Both the position numbers and the translations under genes were made by a program. DNA of 24,000 nt from Deltaproteobacteria bacterium (GTDB taxonomy: Bacteria > Desulfobacterota > Dissulfuribacteria > Dissulfuribacterales > QOAL01): positions 2,211-26,210 of the forward strand of contig WFZW01000237.1 in NCBI GenBank assembly GCA_015489365.1. The letters are read 5' to 3'. This document shows positions 18,201 to 24,000 of this stretch, piece after piece; position 1 is the first letter of the stretch, and each line of letters starts with the position of its first letter. The notes beneath the pieces are model-generated. The model was not told where the DNA came from and did not search any database. It was given only the letters and a program-made list of their open reading frames with translations.

Positions 18201-18314
18201 CGAGGCCTTCTTCTCCACCAGATAAACATAGTAGCCGAGTTCGGAGAGATCCAGGGCCGTCTGGACCCCTGCAACCCCTCCACCAAGCACCAATATCGCA
18301 CCGTACTGGCTCAT
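15276..18314 (-). CDS. hdrA: HdrA-like flavoprotein with two tandem HdrA-type modules and selenocysteine at codon 58 (TGA 18141-18143); 1012 aa
   Basis: The ATG at 18314 (GGAG 8 nt upstream) opens [74 protein letters not shown].., in frame with ORF 15276..18125. There are HdrA hallmarks in module 1 ([18 protein letters not shown]) and in module 2 ([13 protein letters not shown].., [18 protein letters not shown]), plus 4Fe-4S motifs [24 protein letters not shown] and [12 protein letters not shown]. Confidence 0.88.
18104..18119 (-). promoter_or_regulatory. Candidate SECIS hairpin for the hdrA UGA
   Basis: RNA: GAGGCC-GGUC-GGUCUC. This is a 6-bp stem (one G-U) with loop GGUC, starting 21 nt after the UGA. 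Confidence 0.5.
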
Positions 18315-18409
18315 TATCTAACTCCAATTGTTGACTAGCATCCATTGAGCAGATGCTGGCAGATGTTTTCTTACCCTTTAAAATAGTTTCCTGGCCAGGC
18401 CTTACTCTA

Positions 18410-20407
18410 TTATCCTACGCCCCCAGGCTTACAGCCAACGCCGGGGATACCAGAACCTAGTTCGCGCCTCATGGCCATATCGAACAACACACGCTCCTTC
18501 TTCTTGTCGAGCCCCAGGGCAGCCCGCTTGGCATTTATTCTGTCAATCATCTTGTTGGCAAAATCATTTGATGTCTGAGCAAGATCCCACATGCCACCAT
18601 ATAGATTCTGCATCTCCTTGAAGCAAAAATCAGTAACCACCTTGGACCCGGTAGTAGGGAAGCTTGGTCCAAAGACCACATAGGCACCGCTTGACACAAA
18701 GTACTGGCCAATGGAAACCGCCTTCTCACTCATCCACTGTGGGGCACAACCGGCCATGGGAAGATCACTGATATCTTCACCCAGCCCGCCGGTATGTACC
18801 ATCTCTGTAGCGGCTATGAGCAGGCGGCTGTTGTCTACGCAGGACCCCATATGGAGCACTGGTGGACACCCTACGGCTTCGAGCACCTCCTTCAGGCCGT
18901 CACCTGCCATCTCCATGGCCTCAGGTGAAAGGAGACCTGCCCTTCCCATGCCGGTGGCTGCACAACCCGTTACAAGGACGAGCACATCGTTGGCTATGAG
19001 CTCCTTGGCCAGGTCTATGTGGACCTCCTCCATGACCTTGTAGTTGTCGCAGCCCACTATAGCGGCCACACCCCTTATCCTGCCGTTTGCAATGTTGTCG
19101 TTCAAGGGCTTGTAGGAGGCCCTGAACCTTCCTCCAAGGATATAATTGATGGTTTCATGGCTGAAACCAGCGACTACATCCATCTGATGCACAGGAATGA
19201 AGTGCTTTCCACGCTCCGGGTACTTGGAAATGGCCCTTTTAGTAATCTCCTTTGCTACGTCCAGGGCCCGTCCCTCTTCGAACTGGATATGGGTAGCACC
19301 TGGTATTTTTGCCTTGGAGGACGTAGTGATAAGCTCCGTGTGGTAATGATTGGCCACTGGGGACAAACCCTGCATAACACACTGGACGTCCACCACCATG
19401 GCCTCTACGGCACCGGTTGCCAGGACTACTTCCTGCTGGACGAAACTTCCCGAGATCGGGATACCCCGTCTCATCAGTATCTCGTTTCCCGTACAACACA
19501 CACCCGTTAGATTTATCCCCTTGGCACCTGCTTTCTTGGCAGCGGCCACCATTTCAGGATCATTGGCCACCATAGCCAGGGCCTCGGCCAATACCGGTTC
19601 ATGTCCGTGAACAGTGATATTGACCTCATCCTCCTTGAGCACCCCTATGTTGACCTTCGTGCGCAGGGGAACCGGGGTACCAAACATGATATCGGAAAGC
19701 TCGGTGGCTATCATCGAGGCACCCCATCCATCGGCAAGGGCACACCTGGCGGCCTGAAAAAGGAGGTTCTCGTAATGCTGATCCACCCCCATATGGGTAC
19801 GGTGCATTATCTCCACCACCTCCCGGTCGATCCCGCGGGGAATAATACCCGTATTCTTCCAGATCTCCTGCCTGGGAGCCGGAGCACGCTTTACAAAGGA
19901 AAGGACTCCCTGCTGCTGGCCGAACTCGCTTATAAGGAACTCCCCAACCTCTATGGCAAGATCCGTCTTGTCCTTCTCGGCCGGATCGATGCCCAATCTC
20001 AAGGCAGTTTCCCTGAGCTTTATGCCATCCTTTATCTCATAGGGTGTCTCCCCCTTGGCGGTCTCAAGGAAAGCAAAGGCTACCCCGCGGCCATGGTCCA
20101 TGTGGGCCGCAGCCCCGCCAGCCACTATCCTGGCGAAATTCCTGGCAGCAACCGTAGATGCGTCTGCTCCGCAGACACCTACCATGGTCTCCACCCCTTC
20201 TATGATCTGGCATGGCCCCATGTTGCAGTTCTTACAACACGTTCCACCCTTTCCAAACAAACAGGGCTCTATCCCTCTACTTTCCACCCTATGGGCCGCA
20301 GTAACAACCCCCTCTGCACAGGAGTTACATAAAACCTCACGATTGGCCTCGCACTGAATGCCGGGGCATCCCCCGTTTCCTTTTTCAAAGCGTCTGCTGG
20401 TATCCAT
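18410..20407 (-). CDS. acsA: Ni-Fe carbon monoxide dehydrogenase catalytic subunit (CODH component of CODH/ACS), 665 aa
   Basis: CooS/AcsA-type sequence: ..CLFGKGGTCCKNCNMGPCQI.. (B/D-cluster region), ..HGHEP.., ..TGVCCTGNE.., ..GCDN.., ..HMGSCVDNSR... I chose the ATG at 20407 (AAGGAGAAGTTTGGTT-ATG). The ORF-track start at 20467 has no RBS and would run through the leader element. Confidence 0.92.
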   Translation of the reverse strand: MDTSRRFEKGNGGCPGIQCEANREVLCNSCAEGVVTAAHRVESRGIEPCLFGKGGTCCKNCNMGPCQIIEGVETMVGVCGADASTVAARNFARIVAGGAAAHMDHGRGVAFAFLETAKGETPYEIKDGIKLRETALRLGIDPAEKDKTDLAIEVGEFLISEFGQQQGVLSFVKRAPAPRQEIWKNTGIIPRGIDREVVEIMHRTHMGVDQHYENLLFQAARCALADGWGASMIATELSDIMFGTPVPLRTKVNIGVLKEDEVNITVHGHEPVLAEALAMVANDPEMVAAAKKAGAKGINLTGVCCTGNEILMRRGIPISGSFVQQEVVLATGAVEAMVVDVQCVMQGLSPVANHYHTELITTSSKAKIPGATHIQFEEGRALDVAKEITKRAISKYPERGKHFIPVHQMDVVAGFSHETINYILGGRFRASYKPLNDNIANGRIRGVAAIVGCDNYKVMEEVHIDLAKELIANDVLVLVTGCAATGMGRAGLLSPEAMEMAGDGLKEVLEAVGCPPVLHMGSCVDNSRLLIAATEMVHTGGLGEDISDLPMAGCAPQWMSEKAVSIGQYFVSSGAYVVFGPSFPTTGSKVVTDFCFKEMQNLYGGMWDLAQTSNDFANKMIDRINAKRAALGLDKKKERVLFDMAMRRELGSGIPGVGCKPGGVG

Positions 20408-20423
20408 AACCAAACTTCTCCTT

Positions 20424-20504
20424 AAACTTTCATGCAGCCCGCATACCTGTGCCGCACCCCTGGACATGGAAACATCCCCGCTGAAGTGGTTGTTTCTTCA
20501 GGGG
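20424..20504 (-). promoter_or_regulatory. Recurrent leader element, copy 2 (upstream of CODH)
   Basis: Transcribed strand: CCCCTGAAGAAACAACCACTTCAGCGGGGATGTTTCCATGTCCAGGGGTGCGGCACAGGTATGCGGGCTGCATGAAAGTTT. It is followed directly by the AAGGAG RBS. Confidence 0.6.
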
Positions 20505-20536
20505 TTCCTTTTGATGAACAAGGTATAACAGAGTTC

Positions 20537-21424
20537 CTATTCGATCCCGGCGAACTGTTTTGCAGCCTGTACAGTATTTTTCATAAGCATTGTTATGGTC
20601 ATAGGGCCTACGCCACCCGGGACCGGGGTAATGGCGGCGGCCTTTTCCTTTATGGCCTCAAAATCCACATCTCCACAGAGTATGGCCTTGCCCTCAGGGG
20701 TCTTGCCTATCCGGTTAACCCCTACGTCAATGACTACGACCCCCTCCTTTACCATATCCGCGGTGATGACCTTTGGTCTTCCTGCAGCCACTATCAAGAT
20801 ATCCGCCCTCCTGGTATGAAAAGCGGTATCCCTAGTCCTGGTATGGCATACAGTAACCGTGGCGTTTCCACCTTCCCTTTTTTGAAGCATCAAATTGGCA
20901 ATCGGCTTCCCAACTATGTTGCTGCGGCCGACCACAACCACCTCTGCGCCGCTGGTTTCCACACCGCTGCGAACGAGCATCTCCAGTATCCCGTGTGGAG
21001 TACAAGGCAGAAAGCACTTCTCTCCGATTACCATCTTGCCCACATTTACAGGATGGAAACCATCAACGTCCTTGTCCGGTGAGATTGCATACAGGACCTT
21101 GCTTTCATCTATATGCTTGGGCAGGGGAAGCTGGACAAGGATGCCATGGATGGAGTCATCATTGTTATATTTCTCTATCAGGCTCAATAGTTCATCTTCC
21201 TTGATATCATCCGGTTGATTGTCCTGGATAGAATGAAATCCAAGGTCGTGGGCAGTGCGCTGCTTTGCTGTAACATACGAGATAGAGGCTGGATTTTCGC
21301 CTACGAGGATGGTTACAAGACCGGGCACAACACCGTGCTTTTCTTTGATTTCAGCCACCTCGGCCTTGAGCTCCTCCCTGATCTGTTTGGCGATCTCGGT
21401 TCCACTGATAATCTTTGCCGACAT
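20537..21424 (-). CDS. folD: Bifunctional 5,10-methylene-THF dehydrogenase / 5,10-methenyl-THF cyclohydrolase
   Basis: 295 aa, FolD throughout (..PGLVTILVGENPAS..YV..K.., ..GILVQLPLP.., ..DKDVDGFHP.N.G.., ..VVVGRSNIVGKP.., ..TPVPGGVGPMT..). RBS AGGAGGAATT-ATG. Confidence 0.95.
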   Translation of the reverse strand: MSAKIISGTEIAKQIREELKAEVAEIKEKHGVVPGLVTILVGENPASISYVTAKQRTAHDLGFHSIQDNQPDDIKEDELLSLIEKYNNDDSIHGILVQLPLPKHIDESKVLYAISPDKDVDGFHPVNVGKMVIGEKCFLPCTPHGILEMLVRSGVETSGAEVVVVGRSNIVGKPIANLMLQKREGGNATVTVCHTRTRDTAFHTRRADILIVAAGRPKVITADMVKEGVVVIDVGVNRIGKTPEGKAILCGDVDFEAIKEKAAAITPVPGGVGPMTITMLMKNTVQAAKQFAGIE

Positions 21425-21444
21425 AATTCCTCCTGCTCATTGGG

Positions 21445-21537
21445 TTCCAAACCTTCATGCGGCCCTAGGCCTGGTGCCGCACCCTGGGCAAGGGATGGTA
21501 CATGGTTTCCTTGCAGGGATCGGTCGAACCGCCAAGG
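21445..21537 (-). promoter_or_regulatory. Recurrent leader element, copy 3 (upstream of folD)
   Basis: Transcribed strand: CCTTGGCGGTTCGACCGATCCCTGCAAGGAAACCATGTACCATCCCTTGCCCAGGGTGCGGCACCAGGCCTAGGGCCGCATGAAGGTTTGGAA. It ends 20 nt before the folD ATG. Confidence 0.6.
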
Positions 21538-21701
21538 ATCTTATATTCAAATTTGTAAAGCCAGTCCTTTTTTTGCAAACCCCAGGCCACCTAGGACCCG
21601 ATCCATGTTATACGTAACCTACATAAAACCCCTTGTAATCATTAAGCATTTATCGAGAAAACGATAATACTAATTTCACAAGCGTGCTACGCACAATTTG
21701 T

Positions 21702-21737
21702 GGGGAAAAAAACCCCGGCCCTGGTGTCTTTTTCCCC
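21702..21737 (-). terminator. Stem-loop with an embedded U7 tract just after the fhs stop (possible terminator or stability element)
   Basis: RNA: GGGGAAAAAGACACCAGGGCCGGGGUUUUUUUCCCC. GGGGAAAAA pairs with UUUUUCCCC. It starts 16 nt after the fhs stop. This is not a canonical GC-stem plus U-tail design, hence the low confidence. Confidence 0.35.
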
Positions 21738-21753
21738 AATCCTCATATTATTC

Positions 21754-23517
21754 CTAAAACAGGCCCTTAACCTTTCCGGTCGCTGTATCTACATCTATCC
21801 GCCTGTAGGCAGGATCGGAACCGGTCCCGGGCATGAGGCTTATAGCACCGGCCACAGGCACGACAAAACCGGCCCCCTTATACGTCAGGATGTCGCGTAC
21901 ATGGAGCTTCCAGCCCTTTGGAACCCCCTTCAAGTTAGGATTATCAGATAGGCTGAGGTGGGTCTTGACCATGCAGGTGCCAAGTTTTGAAAGTTCTGGA
22001 TCCTTCTCCATTGCCTCTGCCTTCTTTTCGGCCTCAGGGGTATAGACTACCCCGTCGCCACCATATACCTCCTTGGTTATAAGCTCGATACGCTGCCTGA
22101 GAGGCATGTCCAGATCATACAGGAACTTGAAGTTGTTTTCCTCGTTGCAGGCATCTACGACTGCATCGGCGAACTCGAGCGCTCCGTCACCACCCTTGAG
22201 CCAGTGCTCGGAAACGGCCACCCTGGCACCAGCATCCTCACATAGCCTTCTTACGGCCTCGATTTCGTTCTTGGTGTCGGTATAGAATGCATTGATACAA
22301 ACCACGGGGTTTATGCCTGCCTTTTTCACGGTCTCTATATGATGCAGCAGGTTTACAGTCCCCTTCTCGACCCACTCCACGTTTTCGCTGTTATATTCCT
22401 CAGGCATCGGGCGTCCTGGCCTTGGTATGGGCGCTCCGCCATGGCACTTGAGGGCCCTTATGGTGGCCACAACCACGGCACAGTTTGGTTTGAGCCCACT
22501 GAAGCGGCACTTAAGATTCCAGAATTTTTCAAACCCGATATCCGCCCCGAAGCCACTCTCGGTAACCAGGTAATCACCAAGCTTTAGCCCTATCTTGTCC
22601 GCGATCACAGAGGATTGGCCAATGGCGATATTTGCGAAGGGGCCTGCATGTATGAGACATGGCTGCCCCTCTATCGTCTGCATCAGGTTTGGATTTACCG
22701 CCTCTACCATCCAGGCGGTCATGGCGCCAGCTACCTCCAAGTCCTCCGTGGTGATCGGTTTACCCGTCCTGTCGTATGCTACTACGATCCTTCCTATACG
22801 CTCTCGCAAGTCTTTGAGATCATTTGCAATAGCTAAGATCGCCATTATCTCTGAGCTTACCGCTATATTGAAACCGCTCTGCATGGTAAGGCCATCCATG
22901 CGTCCACCGAGACCAATGGTAATATTTCTCAATGCCTGGGCACAAAAATCTATAATCCATTTGAATTCCACGCTCTTGGGATGGACGTTGAGCCTTTTGA
23001 GACCCCTTTGGGCAAGCTGTTCATCCGTATAGTTGGACTCGTGCTGCATCCTGGCGGTCAGGGCCACCATTCCCAAGTTATGGGCATTCATGATGGAGTT
23101 GATGTCGCCGGTGAGCCCAAGGGAAAATTTGGACAATGGAATCACCTGGGCCAACCCCCCGCCGGCAGCGCTACCCTTTATGTTAAACGTCGGCCCACCA
23201 GAAGGCTGGCGAAGGGCACCGATCACCTTTTTCCCCCTCTTGCCAAGGCCCTCCATGAGTCCAACGGCGCATGTGCTCTTTCCTTCCCCGAGCGGGGTTG
23301 GTGTAATGGCAGTGACGTCTATGTACTTGCCATTGGGCCTATCCTTTAGCCTTTCCAAGGCCTTGGCATAATCGATCTTCGCCACGTAATGGCCATAGGG
23401 CAGAAGCTCCTCCTTTTCCAGGGCAAGTTCTTCGCCGAGTTGATAAACGGTCTTCATATGCTGCTCTGCAGCCTCGGCTATCTCCCAGTCTTTCATTTTG
23501 GTTGGATCCAGGTTCAT
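21754..23517 (-). CDS. fhs: Formate--tetrahydrofolate ligase (formyl-THF synthetase)
   Basis: 587 aa, FTHFS throughout (..[12 protein letters not shown].., ..[15 protein letters not shown].., ..[13 protein letters not shown].., ..[13 protein letters not shown]..). RBS GAAGGAGGATTTGATCG-ATG. Confidence 0.96.
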   Translation of the reverse strand: MNLDPTKMKDWEIAEAAEQHMKTVYQLGEELALEKEELLPYGHYVAKIDYAKALERLKDRPNGKYIDVTAITPTPLGEGKSTCAVGLMEGLGKRGKKVIGALRQPSGGPTFNIKGSAAGGGLAQVIPLSKFSLGLTGDINSIMNAHNLGMVALTARMQHESNYTDEQLAQRGLKRLNVHPKSVEFKWIIDFCAQALRNITIGLGGRMDGLTMQSGFNIAVSSEIMAILAIANDLKDLRERIGRIVVAYDRTGKPITTEDLEVAGAMTAWMVEAVNPNLMQTIEGQPCLIHAGPFANIAIGQSSVIADKIGLKLGDYLVTESGFGADIGFEKFWNLKCRFSGLKPNCAVVVATIRALKCHGGAPIPRPGRPMPEEYNSENVEWVEKGTVNLLHHIETVKKAGINPVVCINAFYTDTKNEIEAVRRLCEDAGARVAVSEHWLKGGDGALEFADAVVDACNEENNFKFLYDLDMPLRQRIELITKEVYGGDGVVYTPEAEKKAEAMEKDPELSKLGTCMVKTHLSLSDNPNLKGVPKGWKLHVRDILTYKGAGFVVPVAGAISLMPGTGSDPAYRRIDVDTATGKVKGLF

Positions 23518-23592
23518 CGATCAAATCCTCCTTCAAAATATTCTGGACGTACAGTGACGCCGGATTAAAATACCATTTCTAGGGGGTAGCTT

Positions 23593-23674
23593 CCAAACCT
23601 TCATGCAGCCCGTATCCCCGTGGCTGTCCCCTGAGCATGAAGATACCGCCTTTGCCCAGGGTGTATTTTCACGC
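23593..23674 (-). promoter_or_regulatory. Recurrent leader element, copy 4 (upstream of fhs)
   Basis: Transcribed strand: GCGTGAAAATACACCCTGGGCAAAGGCGGTATCTTCATGCTCAGGGGACAGCCACGGGGATACGGGCTGCATGAAGGTTTGG. It is bracketed by a perfect 9-bp inverted repeat (23579-23587 / 23706-23714). Confidence 0.6.
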
Positions 23675-23806
23675 TAAATTGTGCAACCCCATGGCATGAG
23701 ATACAACCCCCTAGAGAGAATGTATTTTCGAAACATACACCTTTGCCTATGCATCGGATGCACCGAAAGATGAAAAGAGCCCGGGCATGGCGGAATCTTC
23801 CGCCAA

Positions 23807-23820
23807 TGAATTCGAATTCA
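23807..23820. repeat. Perfect 14-bp palindrome TGAATTCGAATTCA in the fhs/tsaC divergent intergenic region
   Basis: Read directly from the sequence. GGCGGAATCTTCCGCC (23789-23804) and GCCCGGGC (23779-23786) palindromes lie just beside it. Confidence 0.6.
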
Positions 23821-23869
23821 GCATAGGTACCTGAACAACGCAGAACTTGTCAATCCCTGGAGGATCAAA

Positions 23870-24000
23870 TTGATAATAGAAATAGACCCGCGTCGGCCAA
23901 GGCCCCATCAGATACAAAGGATAATCGATGCAGTAAAAAGGGGAGAGATAATCGTCTACCCCACTGATACCTGCTACGGGATAGGAGCAGACATCTTCAA
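23870..24000 (+). CDS. tsaC: Sua5/YrdC/TsaC-family L-threonylcarbamoyladenylate synthase, N-terminal part (continues beyond the window)
   Basis: The frame is open from 23810. A TTG at 23870 lies 6 nt after GGAGGA. The translation (M)IIEIDPRRPRPHQIQRIIDAVKRGEIIVYPTDTCYGIGADIF contains the YPTDT.YG.G motif of the YrdC fold. It is not in the ORF track because under 60 codons lie inside the window. Confidence 0.7.
   Translation, partial: MIIEIDPRRPRPHQIQRIIDAVKRGEIIVYPTDTCYGIGADIF

Noticed and set aside
20408-20467. Longer CODH start (MSRGAAQVCGLHESLRRSLV..) given by the ORF track
   Set aside because: The extension is the translation of leader-element copy 2. There is no RBS, whereas the ATG at 20407 follows AAGGAG by 10 nt.
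14362-23674. Could the recurrent leader element be a known riboswitch (ZTP/pfl, THF-I, THF-II/folE, cobalamin, Moco)?
   Set aside because: From memory of the consensus features, none fit. ZTP has the GGGUCGUGAC..CCGCCUGGGC subdomains, cobalamin has the GCCACUG B12 box and a length of about 200 nt, and Moco is about 130 nt with GGAAAGG/CCUCCGAG. The THF-I and THF-II (folE) motifs as I recall them are not similar either. The element is shorter and its conserved boxes differ. This is a memory-based rejection and needs an Rfam scan.
23789-23804. GC-rich hairpin GGCGGAAGAUUCCGCC upstream of fhs as a terminator or attenuator
   Set aside because: The nearest U-rich run (CUCUUUUCAUCUUU) begins about 10 nt after the stem. 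It is unknown whether this region is transcribed at all. It is kept only as part of the palindrome-dense region finding.
1-24000. Search for CRISPR arrays, IS or transposase genes, integrases, tRNA/rRNA, and toxin-antitoxin or defence-type genes
   Set aside because: None seen. Every ORF longer than 120 aa on the coding strand is accounted for by core metabolism. The only repeats are the leader elements and short palindromes described above.

Overview
Nearly the whole window is one minus-strand, about 23 kb Wood-Ljungdahl (reductive acetyl-CoA) pathway cluster. It is flanked by the 3' end of clpB (+) and the 5' end of a tsaC/sua5-like gene (+). In the direction of transcription (high to low coordinates) the order is: fhs, folD, CODH (acsA/cooS), a 1012-aa two-module HdrA-like flavoprotein, an MvhD-like protein with a C-terminal extension, an HdrC-like/ferredoxin protein, a second MvhD, metV, a 1064-aa metF::acsD fusion, acsB, acsC, acsE, and a 1371-aa formate dehydrogenase with an N-terminal 2Fe-2S plus GltD-like module. 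Three apparent ORF breaks (fdhA, hdrA, mvhD) are single in-frame TGA codons at positions where homologues carry a catalytic or cluster-ligand Cys. Each is followed by a hairpin with a GUC-containing loop, so I read them as selenocysteine codons rather than pseudogene lesions. Two things stand out. (1) A conserved 60-90 nt element (core CAGGGGTGCGGCACCAGG..GGGCYGCATGAARGTTT on the transcribed strand) recurs directly upstream of fhs, folD, CODH and the hdrC-like gene, with a degenerate fifth copy upstream of acsB. It has riboswitch-like mutually exclusive helices and matches no riboswitch class I can recall. (2) MetF and the corrinoid Fe-S protein small subunit AcsD are fused through a linker of about 450 aa with coiled-coil, TPR-like and Pro/Glu/Ala/Lys-rich segments. 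I saw no rRNA, tRNA, CRISPR array or mobile element. All calls rest on reading the translations and sequence by eye; no database search was possible.
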